Source: Ostrea edulis | Lineage: Eukaryota | Direction: 5' to 3' | Length of the DNA: 64,000 nt | Assembly: GCF_947568905.1 (NCBI RefSeq) | Contig: NC_079164.1 | Location: 78,616,001-78,680,000, forward strand | Shown here: piece by piece, positions 15,287-27,199 of the stretch | Numbering within the stretch: position 1 is the first letter of the stretch | Layout: the number at the start of each line of letters is the position of its first letter | Notes under the pieces: model-generated | What the model was told of the DNA's origin: nothing | What the model saw: the letters and a program-made list of their open reading frames with translations, nothing else | Databases searched by the model: none | Translations under genes and position numbers: made by a program

Positions 15287-17817
15287 CTCTGACACAAATT
15301 CTGAATACATGTACAAAAGCTGTACATGTGCATGATGCACTATTAAGCACTTAGCTATTAATAGGGACTATCTCTTCCATAAATTCAAACTACATGTACA
15401 TCACTCTTGAAAATCAAGGAAATACATGATAATTTGGGTTTAATCAAATCAATTTGACTTTTTCCAAGTGCTACTCCACTGAGAATTTCACTAGACTTGT
15501 GCCCTTAGTATAAAAATAAATGAACCAAGTCAAAATTTGTACATCCCTTCACTCTCAAAATTTGAAAGAGTGAATTATCTTCCTTGTGGCTATTATTTTT
15601 ACCCTGATACTTTTGATTATAAGTCTAAAGAATAAATAAATAATCACCATAGTGTGGGGTTTAGGGGTTTTATCAAAAGTATTGAATCATCATACAAACA
15701 GATGTTTTCAATAAATATATATAGGAAATACAAAGACAGCTGTGACAATACCAAATCATATAAATATGTTTTTCAACCATTGCAAGGACTGCACCAAAGA
15801 TATATACTCCAATTAGTTTGTAATGTCAAACTCCAACTCAAATATGCCAGTTTAAGGATACGTCCGAGTTCTTTCCCTTTGTAGAACTCTTGTACATCTA
15901 TAGACTTAGTAAGGTACGAAACAATTTGTTTACATGTGGGAGTGGGACGAATATTTATCACTGCGTAAGTGAATGTGCTCAGTGTTTCTCATACACATAT
16001 TTCATCACCTGAATTCAACTGATACACATATTTCATCACCTGAATTCAACTGATACACAAACTAAGTAAATTATAACTATTCAGGGAGTGAATAATATAT
16101 AAAAATCATTTCATTGGTCATAGGTATCGTATCCAGGATATTACTTGCAAACATGATTTTGTTTTTATGTCTCCACTTTAGTAAAACATTTCTTTCGATT
16201 GTATTTTATATTTCCTACATTTACACATATTTAAAGAGAAACCGCTTTTAATACATTCTATCATCTTCCTCACTGACTGTTGGTCCACTCTATCCCACTT
16301 AGGCATTCAGAGTTCCACTAAATGTACCTCATACACAGAAGAGTTCTTATCTCGAAACTGGCGTATTAGCTGTCTTAAGGAGGTATGCTACACCAGAGAG
16401 ATTTGATATGGATGAAAAGTGGATGAAATGTGCAACAATCTTTTGAAATTGAAAAATTCCAAATTCACTTTATTTAGTCAAAAAATGCAGTTTTAGTAAA
16501 AAGCAATCTCAAAAAACATCTAAATCCCCTGGTGGACTCGAACCCATGATCTACACTTCAGCAGTCGACGTGCTAACCTACCGAGCTATTCAGCTAGGTG
16601 ATAATTTTCTAATGAATAGACAAATGTTCCTGATAATTATATTTTCATCCATGTTTTAAAAGGAAGTCAGCCATTATGACAATGTAGATTACATCCTTAA
16701 TGGGACCTAACAACCATCAGGGGTCTCTTACATTACCCCATTACAAACATGTATGGTTACTTCAGATGAAAAGAGAAATCACTTGAAGTTCTAAAAACAT
16801 TTTCCTATCTCAGAGTTCAGTTTACATGACCTTGACCCCAAAATTGATAGGGAATGTTCTCATCCCATGACCTGTCTGTTTTCAGTGTAATGACTTCAGG
16901 GGTGATGGGGATTTCACTTAATTCCTAGAAATAACATAATATTTTGTAGATCTAGCTGATTCATGAATGACTACACTACCTTTATCCTTTAATAAGGTGC
17001 ATAAAATATTGAACTGAGCTACAAGTCAAGGACAATATATATATGTACGTATATTTCAATGGAAAAATGTAAATAGAAGAAATTATATATATGATTTATC
17101 AACAGAAGCCACATAGGTTAAGCATTCAAAGAAAAATGTTTCCATTTATAATATCAATGAAGTGAATCAGCAATGGGTCCTACATCATCAACAGAGGCAG
17201 TTTCATAAAAAGTATGCCATGATATATATACGGATGTAATCTGTAGTGTAAGAAGGGATGCATGTACGGTGTCATCACATTTTCATTCAGACTAGCATAT
17301 AACAATAAATAGTAAAACTGCCACCAAACATCAAATTTGCATCCTACCATTCCTGATGGCCATGTGATGTGTCAATACATTGGAATTTTAATTAGGTGAA
17401 TGATGATACATAGATCTACATACAAGGGAAAGTTCAAAATACCTATGACTGGTGTGGGGTAGATGCCTTTGTTTACAGCAAATCTAATATTTTGATTTGC
17501 ATGTTTATTCATATCTGAGATATCAAAAGAATTACACTGCAACCTGGGCAAGAAACAGGTATGTCATGTCTAAATACGAGAATGCCAGTTCATGAAAAGT
17601 GAATGAGAAGTCACGCGGTGTTTACCTGCTTGATTGGCAATATAAGGAATGATCCTCCACCTGCTGACTCTGTGATGATTGCAATGTATTTTGGATTAAC
17701 AGAACAAAATGGAGAATCCCAACTATTTTTAGTGATTCGAATGTTGTCATATCCATCGTCCTTCTTGAGGGGTTTGCCAAACACATGGCGAAACTTACTC
17801 TTTCTCATAAATGCCAT
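261..17817 (-). CDS. CORO1: Coronin (type I, WD40 actin-binding), complete spliced CDS, 528 aa
   Basis: Exons 17817-17626, 9009-8757, 8414-8239, 7074-6952, 5126-5025, 3847-3702, 2629-2569, 2308-2207, 1931-1719, 1596-1528 and 410-261 are all GT-AG with matching phases and sum to 1587 nt. Coronin motifs: N-terminal [67 protein letters not shown] and a C-terminal coiled coil. The exact vertebrate paralogue cannot be assigned. Confidence 0.95.
1528..1596 (-). CDS. CORO1: Coronin coding exon 10 ([23 protein letters not shown]), possible cassette exon
   Basis: 69 nt, phase 0/0; acceptor cacatag, donor GAG|gtaaaa; Pro-rich and open. Confidence 0.65.
1719..1931 (-). CDS. CORO1: Coronin coding exon 9 (ISLKDMF...AAELPP; Ala/Pro-rich unique region)
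   Basis: Acceptor tttacag, donor gtaagt; overlaps track ORF 1638..1925. Confidence 0.9.
2207..2308 (-). CDS. CORO1: Coronin coding exon 8 ([10 protein letters not shown]...ADPVL)
   Basis: Acceptor tttcag, donor gtaggg. Confidence 0.92.
2569..2629 (-). CDS. CORO1: Coronin coding exon 7 ([20 protein letters not shown])
   Basis: Acceptor aaacag, donor gtaagt; phase 2 in. Confidence 0.92.
3702..3847 (-). CDS. CORO1: Coronin coding exon 6 ([11 protein letters not shown]...NNCEISR)
   Basis: Acceptor ttttacag, donor gtaagg. Confidence 0.93.
5025..5126 (-). CDS. CORO1: Coronin coding exon 5 ([16 protein letters not shown]...YLIGK)
   Basis: Acceptor tttgtag, donor gtaata; 34 codons. Confidence 0.92.
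5972..6189. mobile_element. Tc1/mariner-type MITE (218 bp)
   Basis: TA|CTGTATAAG ... CTTATACAG|TA termini. Confidence 0.65.
6952..7074 (-). CDS. CORO1: Coronin coding exon 4 ([12 protein letters not shown]...RQYALWNA)
   Basis: Acceptor tttgtag, donor gtaggt; not in the ORF track. Confidence 0.93.
7140..7595. mobile_element. Helentron/HINE-like non-autonomous element with ~2 internal repeats
   Basis: Starts aacaagaaac and ends ggggtataattaaa; duplicated block ggaatatgcacatctacac...gagttg(c/t)gctgac. Confidence 0.5.
8239..8414 (-). CDS. CORO1: Coronin coding exon 3 ([13 protein letters not shown]...RTGKVVK)
   Basis: Acceptor ttacag, donor gtatgt; phase 1 in, phase 0 out. Confidence 0.95.
8757..9009 (-). 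CDS. CORO1: Coronin coding exon 2 ([16 protein letters not shown]...LLSAG)
   Basis: Acceptor ttcatag, donor gtatgt; WD40 repeats. Confidence 0.95.
9355..9708. mobile_element. MITE with GGCCAA termini and TAA TSD (Zator/PIF-Harbinger-like)
   Basis: TAA|GGCCAAAATAAAA ... TTTATGTTGGCC|TAA. A related 5' fragment lies near 4200. Confidence 0.6.
12490..13600 (-). mobile_element. Degenerate Crypton (tyrosine-recombinase DNA transposon) derivative
   Basis: [14 protein letters not shown]...[13 protein letters not shown] (YR H-x-x-R, GH and Y region, decayed), then an S/T-rich linker ending [17 protein letters not shown]; ~150-bp hairpin at 12511-12663. Confidence 0.65.
16379..16696. mobile_element. 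TTAA-flanked MITE (Kolobok-like) containing a tRNA-derived segment
   Basis: TTAA|GGAGGTATGCTACA ... TGTAGATTACATCC|TTAA. Minus-strand A-box-like TAGCTCGGTAGG and B-box GGTTCGAGTCC at 16526-16597. Confidence 0.6.
17626..17817 (-). CDS. CORO1: Coronin coding exon 1 ([14 protein letters not shown]...LILPIKQ)
   Basis: ATG directly follows the acceptor ttttcag; donor CAG|gtaaac; 64 codons. Confidence 0.95.
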
Positions 17818-18021
17818 CTGAAAAAGTTAAACACGTTGCATCACATGAAATTCATACTCAAACACCAAAATTATGTCGCTTATCAAGTAGGAAATATAAA
17901 TGCACCGAAAACATGTACCGGCGTTTTGTTGTACATGTTACACACAACGACATGTGCCGAAGTTGAGAAAAACTGCCTTAAACACATGCAGTAAAATTTT
18001 AGGAAAGTTGTAAAGAATCAC

Positions 18022-18150
18022 CTTGCAATATTCCACAAGACAGCATACAATAAGTAAAGTAAAAAACTAATTTAAAAGGTGGGACACTCAGTTTTACGCC
18101 CTCCTCCTCGCTTCCTTCTTCTGACAGGAAGTAAAATTGACGCATGCGCC
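18022..18150 (-). promoter_or_regulatory. Probable coronin non-coding first exon and proximal promoter
   Basis: The ATG exon has an acceptor, so an upstream exon is required. Donor AAG|gtgatt at 18022/18021. ETS-like CAGGAAGT at 18125-18132 and NRF1-like CGCATGCGC at 18141-18149. Confidence 0.5.
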
Positions 18151-18368
18151 TGATCTAAGTAGCGGTGATTCAAAGAAATATCCAAAAATGGTCATTAACG
18201 GAGCACACATTATGATTTAACTGTGTTATGATTTATTTTTACTTCAGTTAACGTAGGCTGAAGAGAAGTTTATACCTAACGCAGATTCCACCATATGTTT
18301 AGAATAAGACTTGGGTTATAACACGAGTTGGTACTGTGGGTGGATCTAAGATTTCAGACAGTATATTC

Positions 18369-18412
<44 letters not shown>

Positions 18413-18578
18413 GATTAATGTGCATTTACGGTCGGTAGGATGGGGTGAGGGCAATATGTGGGCGTAACTCACTTTCCATATGAGTACTTAACGGTAATAT
18501 AGAAATGTGCAGATAGACGTGAAGAGATTAAATATACATGCAAGAAAATATATTGTAATTTAAGAGCAGTATTTTAAA

Positions 18579-21399
18579 AGCAAGAGGCCCATAGGCCTTA
18601 TCGGTCACATGAGTACTAGTGAAAAGGTATCACTACTCCCAAGGCAGTGGCGGATTTAGGGGGGGGGCGCAGCTGGCGCGCGCCCCCTAAAATTTTCAAA
18701 TTTAAGGTAAATCGTGGTATCTTGTTTAGAAAAATGTACTAGTTAAACGATAAAAGGAGCAATAATTTCTTCCACTCTCGGAGAAATAAATGGCAAAATC
18801 TTTTGATTTCTTGAATTACTTTATTGGGAGAACTTAATTTTTTCCAAAAAGAAGATGTTAGTTCAGTGGTTTGTTTTTGTTTTTGTTTTTTTTTAAAAGT
18901 TTTTTTTATACATATAAACACTATAAAGTAAGTCTGGCCCACCCTGGGGTCAGAACTTCTACCCCGGGGATCATGAAATTTACAATTTTGGTAGTGCCCT
19001 TCCTGTTCTACATCACTATGCATTTAGTTTTTCTTACACATGTGCGGTTCTAGAGAAGAAGATTTTTGAAAATTGGTCAATTTTTTGCAGATTTTGTCTA
19101 CCCTACCCATAGGGCCCCAGGGGTGCAGAAATCCTGAAATTTACAATTTATATCCCCTTGTCTCAAATATGCTTCATACCAAATGAAAAGAATTGGAATG
19201 ATAGTTATCAAGAAGTTAAAAAATTCTATCGTTCACACATTTAATCACTGACCATTTTGGCCCCACCCTTGAACCACAACCCCTACCCCTGGGATCATCA
19301 AATTTACAATCTTAGTACAGGACTACCTGCTCTTTCTAAATATCCATTTAGTTTCAATTTAGTATCAATAACACTTGAGGAGATGTTATTTAAATCTTTT
19401 ACACATAAACACAATATAGTAAGTTTTGCCCCATCCTGGGATCATGAACTTGACAATTTTGGTAGAAATTTCCTTGCTCATCATTACTATATACTCACTT
19501 TCTCTGCTAGGTGCCCAGGAGTAAAGAAATTTTTTAAAGAAATACATCAATTTTACAGTTTTTACCCCCAAATTAAGGCCCCTTAGAAGCCTTGATGTAT
19601 TAACATCAGAAAAAGAACAAGAGATACGCTGGACAGAACATTTTAAAGAAATACTGAATAGACCTTCTCCTCTTCAAGAACCAAAAATCCAGGAGCTTGA
19701 TGAAGATCTTATTATCAGCATAGAACCACTAAATAAATCTGAAATTATAGCTGCCATTAAGAGTTTAAAGAATGGAAAAGCACCAGGCTGTGACAATCGA
19801 AATGCAGAACTTTTCAAAACAGACCCAGTACTAGCAGCAAACATCCTGCATCCCATCTTTCATGAAATCTGGAAAGAAACAAGAATGGAATAAAGGCACC
19901 ATTATCAGAATTACAAAAAAGGGGCCATGAAGTGATTGCAACAACTGGCGTGGAATTACATTGCTCTCGATCCCAAGCAAGATAATGGCCAAGATCATCA
20001 TTAAACGTATATCAAATGCGATTGACAACTTATTGCGAAACGAACAAGCAGGTTTTCGCCCAGGTAGAGGATACACAGACCAAACATTTACACTACACAA
20101 TATCATTGAACAGTGTTATGAATGGCAAAGACAACTTTACATCAATTTTGTTGACTTCGAGAAAGCATTCGATAGCATCCACAGAGAAAGCCTATGGAAG
20201 ATTGTTAGATCTTATGGAGTGCCGCAACACCTTATCCATCTAATAAAGAGTTTGTACAACAATTTCAAGTGTACAGTTGATAGCAGTGAGCTACACTTTC
20301 AAGTAAAAACAGCGTCCGTCAAGGCTGTGTTATGTCATCAACACTTTTTATCATAGCCATTGACTGGGTAATGCGTCAGACAACATCAGATTCTAACAGA
20401 GGCATTAGATGGGGCATACACTCAACACTAGAAGATCTAGACTTCGCCGATGACATTACCATGCTCTCTCACACGCATCAACACATACAAGAGAAAACCA
20501 ACAGACTACAAAATTATGCAGGACAAATTGGATTGAACATCAATGCCAAGAAGACAGAAATCATGACATTGAACATCAGTAGACCATCACTAGTCATGTT
20601 AGGCGAGCAAGAACTGTCTAATACCAGCGCCGCTACATACCTTGGCAGCGTGGTGAGCACAGATGGTGGTGCAGAGGCAGATATCCAACTAAGACTCTGC
20701 AAAGCAAGGATAGCCTTCAAGAACATACAAACTATATGGAGATCAGGGCAGTACACCATCCGCACTAAACTCCATCTTTACAGAAGTTGCATTCTGCCAA
20801 TATTATTATATGGGTCTGAGTGCTGGAGGATAACAGAATGTGACCAACAGAAGTTGTCAACCTTCCATGCAAAGAGTCTGAGGAGGATCTTAAGAATCTT
20901 CTGGCCACAGAAGATATCAAATGAAGACCTTCTCAACAGAAGTCAACAAGAAGACATGATCATAACAAAGAGACGATGGAAATGGATAGGCCATGTCCTT
21001 CGTAAAGACCAAGATAACATCTCAAGAACAACCCTGTTTTGGACACCTGAGGGGAAACGAAAGAAAGGAAGGAAGGTCTAAGATAACATGGAGACGAACA
21101 GTAGAAGCAGAGATGAAAGCGTATCATCAAACCTGGGGAACTCTGCAAAAGAAGGCAACCGACAGACAGGGATGGAGAGACTTCGTTGCTGCCCTACACG
21201 CCAGAGAGCGTATTGGGCAGTAAGTAAGTAAGAGGGGGCCATGAAATTTACAATTTCCAGTCTCTTTCACCTACAGATGCTACATTAAAAAAATTGGTAA
21301 AGATTGGCCCAGTAGTTTCTGAGAATAAGTTGTTAACGGACGACGACGGACGCAGACCAATTGCAATAGGTCATCTGAGTGACTCAGGTGACCTAAAAA
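18579..21399. mobile_element. Helentron/HINE-like element interrupted by a MITE fragment and an RTE LINE
   Basis: Starts caagaggcccataggcc and ends ctcaggtgacctaaaa. The inverted copy at 41695-42194 shares its left end. Confidence 0.6.
19588..21232 (+). mobile_element. 5'-truncated, frameshifted RTE-clade LINE (RT domain)
   Basis: NEQAGFRPGR, FVDFEKAFDSIHRE, LDFADDI, LLYGSECW, WTPEGKRKKGR spread over several frames; 3' (TAAG)n tail. Confidence 0.9.
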
Positions 21400-22539
21400 G
21401 ATTGAATTAAAAAAAAAAGGATTGATGTAATCTCCAGTTTGAGAGATTTTTTCCCTTGACACCAACTTTAGCAAAGATACGTTGAATGAAACACATATTT
21501 ACGGCAATGTATGTATAGAAATTTGATGTCTTCGAATTTAAAGCGTTTGATAACATCAATTAAAACATACACTGTAAGATTAAATTATTTACCACAGGCA
21601 CTCAACGTTTTAAATATCTATAATGAAAAAGATTGTCTTCCTATAAACAAAATATTCATATTTTGTATACAGGAAGACAAATTTTTTCTTGTTAGATTAT
21701 TTAAAACGTCAAGTGCCTGTGGTATTTTCTTTGTGAGCGTACTGTAGGCCAAGTCCTTCAGTGTATATGGATGCATATATATTGCACTTGAAGAACTTTT
21801 TACACAATGTTGAAAGCAAGTGAGCAAGGGGCAAGCGATGATTATGAATTCGTTATTTACAAGGCGATGAATAACATCAATTAAATTATCAAACATCAAT
21901 GGAGAACATTGAAAAGGAATTGTTTCCTTAGTAGTAGTTTAGCTTGCAATTGCTTGCCCAAAAGTTTTAATTCCGACGTTCAGTTCCATCTCGGAGAGAT
22001 CGTGTGTGCGGAGACGCAGAGAACTATGGGTAAAATGCCAGACCTCTTTCTGAACCGTGTCTTTGCCACTTTTAACGACGTGATTATAATGAAAATAGTT
22101 AATTTTTTGCGTTTTCAGTTCAACTACAAGTCATTTGTACTAAACAGTCCTATTACTAGATCAATCTTCACTAGCCAAGAATTTGTGAGGATTGAGAGTA
22201 GTGAATTTTAAATTGCCTACCCAAGATTGACTTAATCTTCTGAAACTGAAAGAAATATGATGATAAAAAATAAGTTTTAAAAACATCGAATATTGAAGGT
22301 CCATGATAGGTAGAATGAAATAAATCATTTTGATCATGAATTGGCTCCGCTTAGGTTTCTTCCAAAGAATTAAGTAAAATATTCAGCTGACTACAGACGA
22401 TACCGGGAAAACTGTAATGGTAATATTTGAAAACATTGATTGCCCTGAGCAACTAACCAAAATTCCGAACATGTATTCAGAGTTCTAATTTGGTAAGGTC
22501 TCTTTTATCTTCTCATTAGCGCTCCATTCCATGTTCATG

Positions 22540-23365
22540 ATAAAAAGATGAAGATAACGAACAGTGATCAATCTCATAATCCACAAAGAAAAAACCGCAA
22601 ACATGGCAAACACGGACCCATAGATAAAGCGGAGGTAGGATTTTAAAGTACCAGGAGGAGTAAGCATCCCTTGTCGACCGCTTTCATTCGTCATGAGCCC
22701 TCTATCTTCATCAGGTAAATGGAGTAATCCGTAATCAAAATCAGTACAAATAATTAGCATGAAACGCGTCAGACAGCAGTCCACATAGAGACAAGTTTTA
22801 TTTTGAATAAGATTATCATAACGACCACAAAATATTCAAAAATTCTGAATTCAAACAAGACTGTTGAAAGCCCTGCAACATCAACGTATTTGACAGTAGT
22901 CTGCCACGGTTTAAAAATTGATCACACAGAACAAGCTCTTGCATATCGAATCATTTGGGAGATATAAAGGTCATGTGCAAGTGATAATGGAATATTGTTA
23001 CATAAATATGGGAAGTTGACGATGGAAAAGCTGAATTCGTCCCGTTTGTCATAAAGTTGAGCTGTCAGTTTCCTATTAACGTCTATATTCAGTAAATCAC
23101 TACTGAAATGAAACAAAAGTGAAAGACTTTGAGGTGTCTTTTATTTCGAATTCACTGGGATATATCGAATCGACATATGAATGGAAATGAATACTAGATC
23201 CTTGTCTTCGCAAACCAAGTGTCCGATTCGCTTACTCTCATCTCCCCCTTGGAGTAAACGAATTGGACACTTGACTTGCAAAGATGACTAGATCCTATAA
23301 AGAATACAAAATTAAGAGAAGGGCAAAAACGGACCCCTGGACATACATGTACTAGAGGTGGGATC
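22540..23365 (-). mobile_element. Penelope-like element RT C-terminal fragment with repeated 3' end
   Basis: KLTAQLYDKRDEFSFSIVNFPYLCNNIP...YISQMIRYARAC. The 3'-end sequence recurs at ~23300-23365. Confidence 0.7.
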
Positions 23366-24044
23366 GCTTAACTTCTCCTTCAGCTGTTCCCCCTTTCTTT
23401 TTTAGTTTTCGTTGCATTGAGTCTATGCTTACCATGGGTGAGACATTATGAAACAGATATGATTAAATCGGATCTGCATGGATCCTGTCGCTTGAAATAT
23501 CGGCATAATCCAGGTCTTCAAGTTCCATCTGACGCCAATGTTGTCATTCCAATCTTGGATTTCTCGAAAAAAAAATCTTTTACTTGAGCAGTCAAAATTT
23601 GAGTAAAATCTCATACTTTAGTTCAAGTTTTGAGAAATACAGGCCCGGTGTTCATAATCCAGTCTATATCATGAATGAACAGAACTCAAATATACAGCAT
23701 CCCTGCTTCACTCCATCCTTCACTGTGAACCACACAGACGTTTCTTTATCATAATCATTTTTTCATTTCACCCTCGTAGTTCTATTACTTGCATTGTTGT
23801 TGTACATGGCTTGTATTATTGTGATTAGTTTTTTTCGGTACCCTGTAATGATTCATGAGTCTCAAAATTGTATCTTCACTCGATAGACTATACACATCGA
23901 CACAAAAAAAAATCGCAACACCAGCTCTTTTTCTATCAGCTAATGTTTGATGATTAATTTCCCATTATAAAATGAATAACAGTTTCTATGCTTCACTTGA
24001 TCTCTAGAGACATAAAACACCACCAGTAAAAGTATTCACTGTAG

Positions 24045-24375
24045 GGTGAAGATAACGAACAGTAATCAATCTCATAACTCCTATAAGCAATACAAAATAG
24101 AGAGTTGGGCAAACACACCCCTGGACACACACCTGTCGGCCGGTCACACCCGCCGTAAGCCCTATATTTTGAGCAGGTAAACGGAGTAATCTGTAGTCAA
24201 AATCAGTGTGCCAAGAACGGCCTAACAATCGGTATGAAACACGTCAGACACAATTTGACCCAATGATAGCTAGTATTGGCAAACTAGATGTTATATAACG
24301 ACCATAGAATTTGCGAAATGCTGACTTTAAACGAGACTGTTGAAACCCCTGCAACATCAACTTGTTTATCAGTAG
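24045..24375 (-). mobile_element. Penelope-like element 3' fragment
   Basis: Same sequence family as 22540-23365, 25225-25925 and 29430-29795. Confidence 0.65.
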
Positions 24376-24414
24376 CTATCATTCTTTTTCAAAGATAAGT
24401 AGACGTGATCGTAT

Positions 24415-24449
<35 letters not shown>

Positions 24450-25224
24450 ATCCGTAAATAACTATGTCTCTGTCTCTCAAATCAAATGTCTATTTTAAAT
24501 GAAATATAGTTAAACAGGGTTAACATGTCAGAGTTATTGTCAAAATGAGGCATAACACTTGCAGCAAGAATGTCTGTGTGGTAATTTTGTACGTTAAGAT
24601 TGCCCTTAACTGTGATAAGATTGTAGAAAACGCAGTCCTACACCATAACTGATCCACCACCAAAGGGAATCGTATCGACAATATTTCTTTCAACATATGA
24701 AATTCTATATAGGTTGCTATTCGTCCATCATGATTTGGGACTAAATCACTATGTACAAATCTCGCACTTCTATTGGACGTGAGTACACTAGTCACACAGA
24801 CGATTCTGAGCCTACAATAGACAAAAGAAAAAGGTACAGACTGTTTATTGCTCTGTTTTCAAAAAAAGATTGTAATGATTGACTTCGTTGTTACAATACT
24901 TTATTCAGGTGTATATATTTGTTCGGCTGTTCACTTGTTCACTTGTTCACCCCACCAATCGGCGTCTGATTCCTGTGGATTTATTTTACCCATCTGTTGC
25001 TATGCTACTGATATCTCTCCAGTTTCCGATTAGCTCATCCTTCTTTGAATAAAAGTTTTATTCCAGTCATGTGATGGCCATACTTCACCGCTGTTTCCAG
25101 GTCTCAACGACTTCGCTATAGCTATATACATGTACATGTATTTTGTCGATTGTTTCCCATTGTCTGTAGTTTTATATTGATATTGAGCAACTGGAAACAT
25201 CAGCTGAATTTTTAGGTTCTGGCC

Positions 25225-25925
25225 GATTTAGACATACCAGAGGGGAAATAAGGTACCTATAAGAAGTAAGCATTCCCTGTCGACCGGTCACACCCGCTGT
25301 TAGCCCTATATTCCGATCAGGTAAACGGAGTAATCTGCATTTAAAACCAGTGTGTGAAGAACGGCCTAACAAATGGTATGAAACACGTCAGACAGCATTT
25401 GACCCAATGACAGGTTGTATTGGCAAACTAGATCGTTAGAGCGACCATAGAATTTGCGAAATGCTGACTTTAAATCAACTTGTTTGTCATTAGCCTACCG
25501 TGATTTAAAGCTTGTCGGATCATATGCAGAATAATTTCTCGCGTATCGAATTAGTTGAGAGAGATAAACACCATATGCAGGTGATGATGGAATCTAATTA
25601 AAAGTAGCTGTTTCTTCTTAAGAAGCGGTAGCGGATTCAAAACAGGTTATTTTGATTAGATTGGTAATAATGGAATATTGTTACATAAATATGGGAAGTT
25701 GATGACGGAGAAGCTGAAATCATCCCGTTTGTCATAAAGTTGACTTGCTAGTTTGCCGTTAACATTTATTTTCAATAAAATATCTCAATACGAAGCAGAT
25801 GTGGAAGACTCTGTGGTGTCTTTTATTTCGAGTTTACTGGGATATTTCAACTCTCTATTTTGTATTGCTTATAGGAGTTATGAAATTGATTTCTGTTCGT
25901 TATCTTCACCTTTCATGAATGAAAA
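25225..25925 (-). mobile_element. Penelope-like element fragment with an inverted 3'-end piece
   Basis: RT thumb remnant on the minus strand; 3'-end sequence in opposite orientation at ~25840-25920. Confidence 0.65.
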
Positions 25926-26409
25926 TTATTGTTAATAAATACCATAGTTTTTTTTAACAAAGCTTGTTGTTTTATACACACCCTCATACAGTAAACTGAT
26001 ATTATAAATGTATCATGTGCTTTAAGTATTTATGTCGTTTTTAATAATAAATTTGAATTTTTTCTAAAATAGTAAATATCATCTAAGAAAAGGGTTTTTA
26101 AAACGCTTTCTAGAAGCTACTGTATAAATGCTTTTTCTAGTATGACACATGTGCACAGATCTACTTGGATTTATTCATTCTCTCGAAACATGGATATTTT
26201 ACCTACTACACCCACGACACCGCGAACTCCCAGGACACCAGGAAGTGCCCGGAAACGTGCTAGTTCGTTCAAATTGGAACTATCCGGTGATGAGTCGGTA
26301 AATGCCAGGATTCGTGAGAAGATTTCCCTTATCAAGGAACGATTCCGTGCGAGACAGCAGCGACTGAACAACACGGAGGTGCTTGAGCGTGCCTTAGACC
26401 TACTGATAG

Positions 26410-26731
26410 CAGGGCCGTAAATTACATGGAGGCGGAGGAGGCAGCTGCCTCCTCCAACTTTTGAGCCAAAAAAAATTAAAATTTAAAGTTCATTAGAATT
26501 TATGTTGTTTCCAATAACTAAGAACATGATACCTCCCTTAAAAAGCATTCCAAATCTTTCTTTTAGAATGAGTTAGTCAATTAACATCTTAGAAGGCCCT
26601 AGAATCAAGGATTTTGCACGAAACGTGTTCAGTGTGCACAAAATGTGTTCAGCGTTTGGGGGCCTGGGTGGCCCTCAGACCCCCGCCTAATTTCCTGCCT
26701 CCTCCAAATTGAAGGTTAATTTACGGCCCTG
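26410..26731. mobile_element. hAT5-like MITE (15-bp TIR, 5-bp TSD GATAG)
   Basis: GATAG|CAGGGCCGTAAATTA ... TAATTTACGGCCCTG|GATAG. Confidence 0.8.
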
Positions 26732-27199
26732 GATAGGAAACGACGATTCAGATTCCACAAGTCATAGTATTTGTACTAAAATCAAAAGCATTGTTTCTTC
26801 TCAACGTTGAGAAAACAGTGAAAAAACAGATGTTCAGTGGTGTTTAATAAAATGATAATTATTTTTCACACAGCAAGAAACAAAATATACTAAATAGCTA
26901 CACTTTGCCTAAATTTTGTCGAGAAGTTTTAAGGTTTGCATGCAAAATAATATTTATCAAATTATAGAAAGATTTTGATAGTTACGAATAAGATCAAAGT
27001 GTCAGTTTCATTACATTGCAGTTTTCTTCTCTTTTCAAGATTGAAAATGCGAAATTGTTCAAGTCGTATGTAAATTAGATCACCAGCAAATTATCTCCCT
27101 TGTATTGAACAGAATTTCAATCAATAAAATAAATTAGAATTTTCACATTATGCATTTTCTGCCAATCGCGAAGGTGAGGAAGTTCATGATTCGAAGACT

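Noticed and set aside
16526-16597. Functional tRNA gene
   Set aside because: A and B boxes are present but the acceptor stem does not pair properly, and it lies inside a MITE.
21618-21899. ORF with a BC-box-like TLKDLAYSTL motif (possible viral or Polinton remnant)
   Set aside because: The motif is short and degenerate, the frame breaks down right after, and no other viral hallmark is nearby.
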